From NCBI RefSeq assembly GCF_009914755.1, contig NC_060942.1: a DNA stretch of 64,000 bases. One strand, 5' to 3'. This DNA is from the human T2T-CHM13v2.0 reference genome, Homo sapiens. The translations under genes and the position numbers were made by a program. Under the pieces are notes generated by a model, which ran no database searches, was not told where the DNA came from, and was given only the letters and a program-made list of their open reading frames with translations. Below are positions 27,201-41,984 of the stretch, piece by piece (within the stretch, counting starts at the first letter, position 1; each line of letters begins with the position of its first letter).

Positions 27201-29169
27201 TGGTGATACTAGGGCTATTTAATATATCTTTATAAAATAAATAATATCATTCAAATCAATGAATAAATAAGAGAGTGCATAGATATATAAGCCTTTAAAG
27301 TTAACTTTTCCCTAAATCTTGCCATTTCAATTATAGTTAAGAAATGGTATTTTAACAATATCAGTAAATACTTCCTACCCAAAGAGACGCTAGCGCTGAG
27401 TCATCTATCTGTTTTTTATTGAAACTCTTATTTGAGCAGAGCACTTTTGTTGAATTTCCAGTTTTTTCTTGTGCTTTTCCCCATTATCCACGTCTTCCAC
27501 CAAGCCAATGTTAATGCTGGCTATTAAAGAGGTTCTTTTCCTCCTAAAGAATGTTCTGAATATTATCTGTGACCAAGGAATAACACAGTTGTTGGTCATT
27601 AGTGAAATAGAAGCAATAGGCTGGCTTGGCTTTTAGTGACAAATGAAGAATATTTTGTAGTTTGAATGATAAATGTTTTCTCAGCACTATTCCCCAAAAG
27701 GCAATTATTTTGTGATCATTACATGTGCAATACCTTTACCTGTTCTTCTATACCTTAACACAAGGTTCCCCTTCCTGTCACTATTTCATAAATTGGACTC
27801 CATACACCAATATTGGCATATAATACCATCACCATTATCATTGCATGCATATTTAAATGTTAAAGACTTATTGATTGGTTTTATGACTATCTGAAGGTTA
27901 AGAAAAGTTAGAGAAGCTCATTCCTACTAGAGTTTAATGTGACATGTCTTCAAATATAATTAGTCTATATATTTATTTTGAGTAAAAAGCTGAATTTCTC
28001 AACTCATCTACAACCCGATAACATCCACAGATGCCCTTTGGGGACCATTAGCCACACTCAGTATATTTATGTTAATTGAATGAAGTGGATGTGTTTCAGA
28101 GTCTTCTACCAGTCATTTTGTTCTACTAGTGTATCACTTATTATAAGAAACAATCTCCGTATTGATCTCTTTAATGGAGATGTTTTATTGTTCAGGAGAA
28201 GGATGACTCTATAATTGAACCAGGGATGTGTCAATGATCTCTTTTTGTTTTCTCCTTCTGATGTGGCAATACTTTATTCCTCACTCTTTTTTTCAACAAT
28301 ATTTATTAGAAACAAGCATTCACATCCACATACAAACACATCCTTTGTTCAATGTTTAATGTCCCTCTGACATAGGGAGAGAAGCAAACCACTTAGCAAT
28401 GTCCCCAAGTGATACACTGGTCTCAGGAAAACTCCCCTTGATTAAGGCATGGCAGTTTTTCTGTCCCATAATGGCTGGTGGCTATAAAGGAGACACACTG
28501 TATATGGAGCAGGGCAATAGAAAATAATTGGCTCTGGGCCAGCCAAAGCTGCTTCATGCCATCAGCCTCTTCACATTTAGATCCAAATTAAAATCTAATT
28601 TAGACGGAGTTTAAATTTAAAAAGCACACTTAATTCCTTCAATTTGCAGAACTATTCCATTCCATTAGGCAACTAATTTCTACCTGTCAGATTTGGAATG
28701 AAAGTGGTCTCTCTCAGGAGGAAACTTTTCACTTGTAGTAATTAGGTATGGGGAGTTTGTGATGATGCCTGTGCTTTGATAGCTGCTTGCGTTTAACTCT
28801 CCAAGCTTATGAACCCTTGGGTAAACTCAATTGAAGTGTCAGCTTCAATACTTGCCTGATACAGAAAGCTAAAATGAGGTTACATATTTCATAATTAAAT
28901 AACACAACTACTTTAATTTTTATTAGAAAATCATAAAAGGTTACCTTATATAAAATCTAAGAGCATAAATTCCTTTGTTGACCTATTATTCTAAAAAGCT
29001 CCTGAAAAAAATTTTAAGAGGTCTTGATTACAATTAGATAAAAGCTGGGAGGGTGCAGGTATTCAACCTTATCAAAGTAATGACTAAAATTAGCAAGTGA
29101 GATGAACTGTAAGTGCTGTGTCAAGCTCCTCTTTTGATACTGTTCTTGACTTGTGCGAGGTGGGATGTT

Positions 29170-29290
29170 AATAGTGCAGAAGCCCTAGGCTGGTAGACAG
29201 AAGACTTGAGTCCCAAGCTCTGTGATTTACTTGCAGTGAAACCTTGGCTAAAATGTCTGACCTCACTTAGCTTCCTTATTCTATCAACAA
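29170..29290 (+). mobile_element. MIR fragment
   Basis: agaagacttgagtcccaagctctgtgatttacttgcagtgaaaccttggctaaa...cacttagcttccttattctat. Confidence 0.6.
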
Positions 29291-30529
29291 ACTTATTTTT
29301 CCTTCAAATTCAGCAGACAGAAAGTTAACATTTCATAAATATATATGGTTGAATGCTTCTTTCCTAAAAGCATTTACCATATTCAGTGATGAATATTAAA
29401 GTTCTCATTACTTTAAAGACACATTTTACCATAGGCAATTTTTATCCAAACCAAATTAACAACAAAATAAAAATTGTTCTCATCATTACTTAATCTTTAT
29501 TAGAAAACATTTTCTTTTTTTCTTTATTTATTTAGTTATCCTGATGTAGGTGCAGGCATGATGTGAGAGATGTTAGAAATAGTCTGACGCCCTGGGGAAT
29601 ATTTTGAGGAGTTTAAATATCCACTTTTTCATTTACACAAAATATTATTTCAGAATGAAATTATGTTGAGTGATGTTCAAATTCAAGCTGGTCACAGTTT
29701 TAGATTAAATGTTTATTAAAATACAATTGGATGTGGGTTAAATTAACTTAAATAATTCATAATTTTTAAGACCAACACACTTAAATGATTTGGGGCAGGA
29801 GATAAAATTGTGAATTTAAGGGCCAGAAATATTTTCATATGATGCCTAAATGTTTATGTATTCCTAAAATCTAAATTAAATAGGTCTGACTGACCACAAC
29901 AGAGTAGAAATAGGCTTTTCAAAATTTAAAATACAAAGGATTTTTCACACATAAACTGTGGTAGATTTTGTTTTCAGCAGCTTCATATCCTATTTCTCCC
30001 AAGGAAAATGAATAGTGAGTGTTTCATGATGTTTATGCAGAACTCTTTCATTTCCAAGTTAATTTTGCCTAATTAATTCAGAAATAAATGATTATATTAA
30101 GAATACAGACAACCTGGAAAATCAATGGCAATGTTTAAATAATAACCTACAAAGATTATGCAGGAAGTAAAAGATGTTTTGGGGGTTTTTAGATCATTAG
30201 TGTATTTCTACTCTAAATTTTTTTCTGATTTTATATATAATTAATATTAATGAGATAAACATACTAGAGTCATTTTGAAAGGTAGATCCTTTAAAATTTT
30301 TAACAATTAATTGTCATTATTAATAAATAAGATAGATTCTTCTGGGTTAAAATAATGCTTTAGGTTCAAGTTCTAATATCTCAATACACTCAGCGTTTTG
30401 TTAAAATGTCCATACAAAAGTATATGTAATATGTATACATCCTTGGCAGAAGAAACTAAGGATAAGAATTGCCCACATATCCAAAAACAATTTCTGCCAA
30501 ATAAAACTGACAGAATTCAATGGATTCTT

Positions 30530-30780
30530 TATTCAGCTCTCTGCTCAAATATCTATTTCTTAGAAAAGCTATTCTTGATCCCTGAGTGGAAAATAACACA
30601 TATCTTCTTATTCTCGTTTCACTCCTAGCCCTTATTTTTATCTAACATTCTATTATATTTATTTGCATAGTGCCTGGTTCTTTAAGAAAAATGTAAACTT
30701 TATTTTACTGTTTTGGTCACTGTGGGATACCACACACAGCACACATATAGAATGCACTCCGTATATTTATTGACTGAAAA
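30530..30780 (+). mobile_element. L2a 3' end
   Basis: ctctgctcaaatatctatttcttagaaaagct ... cagcacacatatagaatgcactccgtatatttattgactgaa. Confidence 0.65.
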
Positions 30781-31999
30781 AAGAATGCTGCATGCACCAA
30801 GAAATGATTCACCCAGGCAGGAAGTAGAAAAAATATAGTTAACTCTGAACTTAGAAATGCATAAGTTATGCAACATAGGAAACGGACAGCGAAGATGAAC
30901 TGGCTAGCCTGCCATAGAAACCACCACTTTTGTTTCCTATGTACAGGAGTAACAAGTTTCTCATATTAGAAAGAGATGTTTTAAGCATGTTATAATCCAA
31001 TGTGATGGTTGCTACATTTATACAGTATCTTCCTGTGTTTAAGTTGCATTCCAGAAGTTGATTGGGAAATTTGGTTTCACATAATACAGTTAAAATTTAT
31101 AAGACAATATATCAAGGATCCAATGATCTTGCACAATATTGGAAAAAATTGCATTTACCTTCTATACTAAAAGAATATATAAATAAGCAATAAAATAGTA
31201 TGTTAAGGAAACACAACTGAATAAGCAAAGGGTTAATTTAAAGCTTGTCCATAGTAGCTTAGAACTGGGATACTGACTTTTAAACCTAAAGATAAAATAT
31301 ATGTTCTTGACTATAACTTTGCGTTTAAAGTCTGAAATTCCTCAGCAGGTTCCCTTTATCAGCTGGCCTTTATTGGTTATTGATAAAGTATAGATTGATG
31401 TCTGCACCCAATTTACCTCATCATACAACTTTGTTTTAGGCTTCACGATAAATGTGGTAAGAAGAGCCCTTAGTAAACTCATATCCAGGGACCAAGGTAT
31501 TGATATTTTATATGTATCTTAGTGGTCATGATTTGAAGATGAAACAAAACTTGAGAGACAGAATGAAGTCTGGTTGCTGTGCCTGGAAATTTTAGCCCTC
31601 TATGAAGTTTGCATGTCATTTCATTCTCTTGTTCTCTGTATCATCCACCTCCCTTAGTGCATTACGTGAGTATATCCCATGGAGTATCATCAGCCCATTT
31701 AATTCCTGACCACAGTAAATAATGTAATATGTCAAGTAAATAATACTTACAAAGCAAAATAAACATCCAAACAAATTGAAATTGCTAATAATATTTAGGA
31801 AGGTGAGGAAGATGATAGTGATAAACCTGCCTAAATGATTGATCAAAGGACTTCCTGGCCAGGCTCACAGGACTTTAAAGACTTTAAATAATCTATATGT
31901 ATATACAAATTTATTAAACCAGCTTTTCAGTTTGAAAAGTGAGTTTTTGATAACAACATTTTCAAGTCATCATAAGATATATTTAGATAATTAGAGTGA

Positions 32000-32283
32000 A
32001 GCCAGACATGGTGGCTCATACCTATTATCCCAGCACTATGGGATTCTGAGGCAGGCAGATCTCAGGATTTTGATACCACCCTTGGCAACATGGTGAAACC
32101 CCATTTCTACAAAAAATATTAAAAAATTAGCCCGGTGTGGTGGTGCGTGGTTATGGTCCCAGCTACTTGGGAGGCTGAGGTGGGAGGATCCCTTGATCCT
32201 GGGAGGTAGAATTTGCAGTGAGCAGAGATGGTGCCTCCACACTCTGGGTGACAGAGTGACATCCTGTCTGAAAGAAAAAAAAA
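32000..32283 (+). mobile_element. AluJ
   Basis: Diverged dimer with J-type gaggctgaggtgggaggatc and cctgtct...A tail. Confidence 0.9.
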
Positions 32284-32462
32284 TAGTAAGGGAAAAACAG
32301 AAACCCAAGGTTTGAGATCAGGACTGGCCTGGCACTCTCAAGTAGGTCTCCATGTAGCTGGAAGCTGCTCTGGCAATCAGAGTTAGGCCTTGGTGTCTTG
32401 TTGAATATAAAAAATCCCACATAACCCCACTACCTAGAAAGGTCACTCTTGGATGATTATGA

Positions 32463-33311
32463 TAAGGTGGGAAATTAAAGAAAGAAAGAAAAAATTTTAA
32501 AAAAAAAGACAGAAATAAGCTTTCCTGTATTAACCTGACTTTTTCCAGAGACAGCAACAGGCACAGCCCAGACCCAGGGAAAGTCTTGATAAACTATCTC
32601 TGATATGCCCTGAAGACTCTCCCAGCACTCCCTAAACATAGGGAGGAGAAAAACTAATTTTCCTCTCTCTTATGGTATGAGGTTAGAGATTCATGTTCTC
32701 TCTAACTAGTAACTTCATGTATTCTGTTTTATCTAAGCAGTGGAGTGAAGGTCATAAGCCATCTGAGCAGGCCTGAACTACAGCCACCTGGGGGCCATAG
32801 TGAAGGTCATGGCCTTCAAATTACAGTTACCTAAGGCTTCCAAGCTTTCATTGAACTAATCTCTGTTTTACCTGCTACTATTTTCAATATTTTTAATCGT
32901 TATGCCTAGTTATTCTTCAAATCTTGAAGACATTAAGATGATATCTTGTTGGGATGAATGATCTTTAAGTTTTCTGTGCAGCTTTTCGGACATAAGCTGT
33001 GCTAGGCACTAGGGCAAACCTAGATAACAGCCATCTGGGCTACATAGCAACGGTCATGTGTAATCCTGAGTTATGCACCTGTCACAATTTGATTAACTGT
33101 CTTTGTTCTGCCTTTGTATCCTCACTTTCGTGCCACTGTAAACTTGTTTCAGGCTAGCCCACCCCCTTTTTGAAGTGTGTATAAAAGTCAAGTGCTGTCT
33201 TTGTTCTGGGCCCAGTCTTTGGATGTTAAGTGTGCTGGGTCTGAGTGCACTCAATAAAGCTCCTCCTATATACACCCCAAGGTCTCTCTGGCCCTCCTGA
33301 TTCCCACAACA
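32463..33311 (+). mobile_element. Solo ERV1 LTR (LTR15-like) carrying a 181-bp foreign insert
   Basis: Starts t(a)aggtgggaaattaaagaaag; TATAAAA ~33180; AATAAA ~33253; ends tcccacaaca; 4-bp TSD ATGA at 32459-32462 and 33312-33315. Confidence 0.82.
32815..32995 (+). repeat. Near-identical direct copy of 33766-33948
   Basis: By-eye alignment shows one substitution and one 2-bp indel. Confidence 0.97.
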
Positions 33312-35280
33312 ATGACGGTAGATGAAAACAAAACTACTTCCTAATTTTGTCAAAACATAAACAAAACTGAAGTCACCACATAAAGTGCACAAACCCCTTA
33401 TTCTGACTAACATGAGTCTCACCTTTGCCAATCACAACCATTAGTCTTACTCTATTCTTTTTGCCTTTTAGACAAGAATAATTTAGATACCCAATCATAA
33501 AATTACCCACACTGCTTGACAATTCAGAGCAAACTTCAACTTCCTTGAATCCTCCCACAATCACCTAACATAAGCCCAGATACTACATAAGTCCTTTCTA
33601 AAGCCTTGTTACTTGAGACAACCCATGATTCCCCTTGTGTGAGGCCTACTTTGTTGCACTGAGTGAATAAACCCAAATACTTTCCACTGCAGGTGCATTT
33701 CTGGTGGTCTTTATGTGAAGACTATTGTTGAAACAAGGAATACCGATACATACATTTCATCTGGGTTCAAATTACACAGTTACCTAAGGCTTCCAAGCTT
33801 TCATTGAACTAATCTCTGTTTTACCTGCTACTATTTTCAATATTTTTAATCGTTATGCCTAGTTATTCTTCAAATCTTGAAGACATTAAGATGATATCTT
33901 GTTGGCATGAATGATCTTTAAGTTTTCTGTGCAGCTTTTCGGACATAAAATCATGCTAATGACAAGAAAGGAATAAACAGGGGGAAAGACACCAATTATT
34001 TTCCTGAGAATGCATGGAAATAAAAATTATCCTCTACAACCCACCTACAAACCACTGTAGTTATTTAGGATAATCCCAACATTCATTTGGGTGCTTTTTG
34101 GCATTCTGGCTTTGATGACCGTTAAGTGGAAAATGGGTATGTTGGATATGTTAGAACAGGATTAAATAGGAAAAATAACAAAGTAACTCAAATCATCAAG
34201 AGAAAAACTGGAGGAATGTTTCAAAATAATGCATCATTCTACCAGTTTCCATGTGCCCATAGTGTTTTATGTTACCTATACAAAAACTTCTTGTTTTGAC
34301 ATTCTTTGAAATAGTAACATAAAGAGAAAAAGAAAACAAAATTAGCATAGCAAAAAGTATTTTAATCTAATTAGGAATCATTTAAAAATCAAGTTATTTT
34401 TAATAGAATTATTGACTATTACCTTGAAAAGTAACAATTGTGTAAAGCAGATTCACTTTTACAGCTGATCATCAGTCAAATATACAGCAATAGCTTAGTT
34501 TAAAAATGAATAATTAATGACCTTAATAAAGAGAACATATACATATATTCTGTGATCATAGTTACCATTCCTGTCTTTGTATTTGTAAAATTTTTGCCAA
34601 TACCAAACATAGAAAACATAGAAGCAATGCTCGTAAAAGAAAAAAAAAGTTATTGCGATAAATTTGTACTATTTCATAAAAATGTAATGCACAAATGAAA
34701 GTAATCTGTAGTTCTATTTCTAACCTGATGAATTTCTCAAATAGATTTGTCAATTGTCTTTATTATAAATATATTTCTGGAAGCATCTTATCTTTAAAGT
34801 CAGGTATATATTTCTTCTAAATTTGGTAACATAGCATAACTAACACCAAAATTCAATTCAACCATTCAAATTTAAAAATCTAAATATTTTAATTTATTTT
34901 GACAGATTTAAGGACAAATATTGAAATAAAAGTAAGTTTTAAAACAACTTAAATAAGTATTATGACTTGCTTCTAATATATACTCATAAGCTTATATAAA
35001 ATAAAGCAAACTTGAGAAAGCATTTTATTGAGTGCTTTGATTTTCCTAGATCAGTTTTGCCTTCCTCTTGAATAGTTTCAAATCCAGGTCACTTTTCTTT
35101 AGGAGAGGAAATTGTAAGAATTACTTTATTAAAAACATGTTTACATAGCATAATATGGCTTATAATTCTGGGAAATTTTTAAAAGAAAGAACATTGTTTC
35201 TAATTCTATATTTCAAGAATTAATTTCTTTTGCAATTTTTAGCAATAATGTAAATCACTGACTTTAAAAATGTATCTTCT

Positions 35281-37700
35281 CTTAATAGTTTTCTTTTTCT
35301 TTGCTGTGCAAAGAGCTTTTTAGTTTGATGTAATCCCATTTGTCTATTGCTGCATTTGTTGTCTGTGTTTTGAGGTATTTATAAAATCGTTGCTCAGCCA
35401 ATATGGTGAAGCATTAAACTATGAGTTCTTCAGTAGTTTCATAGTTTGAGATTTTATATTTAGGTCAAAATGAGTTGATTTTTATGTATGGTGAGAGATA
35501 GGGGTCTGGTCTCATTCTTCTGCATGTGGATATTCAATTTTCCTAGCCCCATTTATTGAAGAGATTGTCTTTTTTTTTTTTTTTTTTTTTGAGATGGAGT
35601 CTCGCTCTTTCACCCGGGCCTGAGTGCAATGGCGCTATCTCGACTCACTGAAAGCTCCGCCTCCCGGGTTCACGCCATTCTCCTGCCTCAGTCTCCCAAG
35701 TAGCTGGGACTACAGGCACCCACCACAACACCCGGCTAATTTTTTGTATTTTTAGTAGAGACGGGGCTTCACTGTGTTAGCCAGGATGGTCTCGATCTCC
35801 TGATCTTGTGATCCACCCGCCTCGGCCTCCCAAAGTGATGGGATTACAGGCGTGAGCCACCGCGCCTGGCCAGAGATTGTCTTTTTATCAACATGTATCT
35901 TAGCACCTTTGACCAAAATCAGATAGCTGAAAGTGCATGAATTTATTTTGGTGCTCTCTATTCTGTTCCATTGGTCTATTTGTCTGTTTTTATGCTAGTA
36001 TCATGCTGTTCTGTTTACTATTTCTTTGTTATATAGTTTGAAGTCAGGTAGTGTGATATCTCTACCTGTGTTCTTTCTGCTCAGGATTGCTTTAGCTGTT
36101 TAGGGTCTTTTTGTGGTTACATATACATTTTAGGTTTTTTTTCTCTATTTCTATAAATAATGATCTTGGTATTTTGATATTAATTTCATTAAATCTTTAG
36201 ATCACTTTGTATATTATGGATATTTTGACAATATTAAGTCTTCCATTCTATGAACACAGGATATCTTTCTATTCTTTCCATTTATTTGCATCATCTTCAA
36301 TTTCCTTCATCAATGTTTTATAGTTTTCAGCATAGAAATCTTTCACCTACTTGGGTAAGTTTATTCTTAAGTATTTTATTTATTTTGTAGCTATTATACA
36401 TTAAATTATTTAATTGATTTCTTTTTCAGAAATTCACTATTGACATATAGAAAAACTATTATTTTTGTATATGATTTTGTATCCTACAACTTTACCAAAT
36501 TTGCTTATTAAATTAACAGTTTGTTTGGTGGTGTCTTCAGGGTTTTCAACGTATAAGATCATGATATCTGCAAACAGAGACAAATTGACTTCCTCCTTCC
36601 AAATTTGGATGAGTAAAGAGACAACCTACAGAATGAGAAGAAATATTTGCAAATGATATATCTGACAATTGGTTAATATTCAGACTATATAAGGAATTTA
36701 AACAATTCAGTGGAAACAAAAGCCAAATAATATGATTTTAAAGTGAGCAAAAGGCCTTGATGGACATTTCTCAAAAGAAGACATACAAATGGACATGAGT
36801 ATATGAACAAATGTACAACATCACTAATCATCAGGAAATTGCAAATTAAACCATAATGAAAAACCACCTCACTCCAATTACAATGGCTATTATTAAAAAG
36901 ACAAAAGAAAACAAGTGTTGACGATATGAAGAAAAGACAACTCCTGTATACTATTGGTGGGAATGTAAATTAGTATACCAATTATAGAAAATAGCATGGA
37001 GATTTCTCAAAAGATTAAAAACAGAACTAATACATGAACCAGGAATTCCACTGCTGGATATATATATACAAAGGAAATGAAATTAGTATATTGGAGCAAT
37101 GTCTGTATTCCCATGTTTATTGCAGCACTGTTTACAATAGCCAAGATGTTGAATCAGCCTAAGTGTCCAACAGCAGATGAGTGGATAAAGAAAATGTAGT
37201 ATATATACACAATTGAAAACTATTCAGCCATTAAAAGAATAAAATCCCGTCTTTGTGACAGCAAAGATGAACCTGGAGGACATCGTGTTAAGTCAAACAA
37301 GCCAGAGACAGAAAGACAAATACTGCATGATCTCATTTATGTGTGAAACTTTTTTTAAAAGTTGATATCATGTAAGCAGAGACTAGAAAATGATTACCAG
37401 AGACTGGGGAGGGAGGAGAAAGGGAGGATGGAAAAAGGTTGGTCATTGGGTACAAAACTAAAATTAGATATGAAGAATACATTCTTGTGTTCTATTGCTC
37501 AGTAGGATGACTATAGTTAACAGAAAAATATTGTATATTACAAACAGAAGAGAGGATTTTGAATGTTCTCACCAGAAAGAAATGATACATGCATGAAGTG
37601 ATGAATATTCTAAAAATGCAGATTGAACCAGCATGCAATATATATGCACTAAAACATCAAATTGTACCCCATAACATGCACACTTACAATGTGTCAATTC
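35281..37700 (+). mobile_element. L1MA-type element with 5' inversion (minus 35281-~36611, plus ~36611-37700)
   Basis: Antisense ORF2 joins sense ORF2 at ...aatttggatg|agtaaagagacaacctacagaatg; full 3'UTR to ttacaatgtgtcaatt; degenerate TSD tttaaaaa(g)tgtat(c/t)ttct. Confidence 0.9.
35570..35871 (-). mobile_element. AluY inserted in L1
   Basis: Y diagnostics (aagctccgcctcccgggttcacgccattc, gtgttagccaggatggtctcgatctcc); TSD agagattgtcttttt. Confidence 0.96.
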
Positions 37701-38179
37701 TTTAAAAAGTGTATTTTCTAATGTAAATATTAGCCATAGGAATTACTCAAACCTCCTTGAGTTTGTGACAAATATATAAATCTTTATTAATGTAAATTAT
37801 TAAAACTAAACATTCTTGTTTTCTCATGCATGTCATTTTATATTTCAGTAACTTACAATAATGCTGTCTATCTGACAGTTTATGTTTTAAAGCTGTGATA
37901 AATGTAAAGGCTAAGTACAAAAAATTATGCAACGTTGTAACAAAGTTTTTATGTGGTGCTTTACTGGTACCAAAAATTGGTAATAAAGCCAGTTTAATGG
38001 TTCAGTTACAAAAGAAATTTCAACTAAGTAACATTTATTATATCAATTCTGGTGTGACCACTTGACTAATGTGACTTTGGAAATGGTTAATAGTAAAAAT
38101 CAAATGGGAGGTTCAGTATCATGTTTTCTTTTATACTTTTTAACTATTTCCTTGCTCCTCATTTCATCCTGTATCTCTG

Positions 38180-39170
<991 letters not shown>

Positions 39171-39178
39171 AACAAATA

Positions 39179-39403
39179 CAGGTTGACTACCCCTTATTTG
39201 AAATGCTCAAGACCAGAAGTGTTTCTGATTTTTTTTTTTTTCAAATTTTTGGATATTTGCAAATACATACTGTGATATCTTGAGGAAGGAAACCAAGTCT
39301 AAACATAACATTTATTTATGATTCATATACACTTTATATGCAAGGTCTGAAGGTAATTTTATACAATATTTTAAATAATTTTGTGTACGAAACAATGTTT
39401 GTG
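39179..39403. mobile_element. Tigger4 (Zombi/MER46-like) fragment
   Basis: TA + caggttgactaccccttatttgaaatgctcaagaccagaagtgttt TIR-type start. Confidence 0.8.
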
Positions 39404-39404
39404 T

Positions 39405-40018
39405 TGTAGGAGCCAGGGGAAAATTTCCCCTTTACCTTCTGAAGTTTCGTTGAAAAATTAACTTACAAAAGGCAGATTAATAGGGGAAATGGCATGCAAA
39501 TGTATTAGTGTGTAAAGGGGAAAGTCATGAAGTGATTGCTCCAGCACACAATGAGGTACAGATGGTTATATGCCCTTCTTCTTAGGGGAAAGGGAGATGA
39601 GGAAGTGTGGGTGATTTTAGGGGGGCAGTAAATTATTTTTAGGGAAATTCAATTGCCTTGAGGAACATACAAAGTTCCTCAAGGAACATGACAAAGTCTG
39701 TTTGGCCTGTAAAGCAGATGATGGTTTGTGACAAAAATCTGTCCGGGTGTGTTGACAGACGTCCATCTTTCTTTCTGTGATATTAGTTCAGTTAATGAAA
39801 ACTCAGTAGAGGGATTAGAGGTAATTGTTTTGTTCTTTGGTTGGTCCAGACTTTAGGTTGATAAGGGAACTTCAGAGAACGACTTCATCCTGTGCTTTGG
39901 GAGAGAGAGGATTGAGAAATGTGGAATTGGGGAGAGGTCAGAGAGACCTTGAGGCTTTTTCTTCAGTTCAGCATGTCAAAGTACCATTTACAAAGGCATC
40001 ACAGTGTTGAGTCACAAT
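39405..40018 (-). mobile_element. MER39-like solo LTR
   Basis: tgtaggagccaggggaaaatttccccttt...caaaaggcagattaatagg...gagagaccttgaggc...cagcatgtcaaag. Confidence 0.8.
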
Positions 40019-41984
40019 GTGGTTTTAGAGACTGATATATGGTTTTATTATCGTATTATTAGAGAAATTTCATCAGAGAACATGCCCATAGTTTACAATG
40101 ACTAATTTTTATGTGTTTATACTTATAAATCAAACTCTCTGCATCACTTTTATATGAAATTGTTTCATAAGTGAACAAGTAACAAATAAGCTTAATTCTA
40201 GTTATATTGAATAGTAAATTTGTCCCAGCATATAAAGAATTTTCCTAGAATAAATGAACAATTGGTTGAAGAGCACTGTGTTACATGTTCCATTCAATTA
40301 ATGTATTAAAAGAAAAACAATCCTATATTTATTGACTATGACTTCTTCACATTTTTTAAACTATACCATCTATTACTTACCCTGTATCTATAGTATGTGG
40401 GTACATGATATTTTAGAGTCTCTATGACCAGGTCAATTACATCAACTAGGAAACTGATAACAATAACAAAGGTAGTCCAAATATGGGGGTCTCAACTTTC
40501 ACTCTGCCTCCAATCATCTATTTCTATTAAATATTTATCAGGAGTGTATGTGTATATTATGATTGCTTATGTTTGATAAGGAAAGTTTTATGTGAGAATA
40601 AAGGAGGTACTTTTAAATACAGAAAACTTAGTGGTATAGAATAATGCTGAGATTATAATACTGAATCACACTACAGATTTCATGGATATTTGCTTGGATT
40701 CTCAGACTAGGGGCTATGTATTCATATTCACTTTTCTCCTCCTATCTAGTTTCTTAAGAACTGCACCACATGGCCAATCCATGCTGTTGACTAGCCATGA
40801 GGGCTTAACTCCTCATGATACAGAATGAAAATGGTAACCCTCTAGTGAGTTCTAATGGCAATTTGACCCATGGAAAGCAAAGCCTACGTATCTATGGGTC
40901 ACTCCAGGAAAAACCCAAATAAATTATAAAAAGAAAGAAACAATTATGAACAACAATGAGATAGTGGACCTTTGCAGTAAAATAGTTTATTTTTACACTG
41001 AATCCCTGTGAATATTAAGCATCACAAACTGTTAGACAAATGAGATAAACAACATGAGAAGATGAGCCAAGTGAAATCTCCTCCCGTCAGAGGCAAAATC
41101 CACAGGTCAGATTGAAATACTCACTCAGTTCATTTGTTAAACATCCCCATATTAATGTGATTTGAAAGTTAAAATGACCCATTTCCAAAGCCATCATTCA
41201 CCCCATGTTTGGCCCTGTACTGTTGGAGACATAGCTATCAGAAAATGAAAACGGTCAGTTTTGCCTTTTCACACTGTTGATTTGTAATAGTTTTGTTGAA
41301 TATTTGTAACTATGTAGCTTTTACAATGGCAAGTTGGCAAATTTGTGTTGCTACAGCTAACATAATTCCTTAATTTAAAATTATGTGTTAAAGAAATACA
41401 TCTGTCACTTTATTAAAAAGATTATTAGTTGATTATTTTGATATTTTCTTGCCACTTTCCTAGGTGAGGTATAAATTTGATTGTCATAACTCAAATTGAT
41501 TTAGAATTTAGTTGATTTCCATTAACAGGTTAATTAAAAGAAAAAGCTTAGTCAAACCAAAAAGCATATAAATAAGTCCTCAGGATTTTTAAATAATCTG
41601 ACAGCTGAAGTTTTGTTATTAATTAAATTTGAATGGTTTTGCAGAAAATTAACCCTCACTCCTCCATCCATCCAAAGTGGAAAGTGATACACACCTGCTA
41701 AGGGAAAGGGTCCCAGAATTACTCCTGATCTGATGTTACATTACGATGAATCATTGGTATACACTTTAAAAGAACTCTTAAGATGAAACCATTTGGTAAG
41801 CACTTCGTAGCAAATGCTGAGGAATCATTTGATAAGCATTTTTACGTTTGCACTGTAAATGACCATTTGGATTTCGTCTCCTCTGGTCATCCCTCTCTCC
41901 TTTCCTTACCTATTCCTCTTGTTTTAGAAGTATTGATAGTCTTGCAGAAGGTAATTCTTTTGAACTCTGCTCAGGATCCCTTAG

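Larger units (their letters stand above)
32290..33728 (+). mobile_element. Older ERV1-class LTR (family uncertain), split by a younger LTR (pieces ~32290-32462 and 33312-33728)
   Basis: LTR-like text is continuous across the ATGA TSD; AATAAA at ~33666, then caggtgcatttctggtggtcttt terminus. Confidence 0.6.

Noticed and set aside
27395-27405. AP-1/ARE motif gctgagtcat
   Set aside because: A single short motif is expected by chance in 64 kb.
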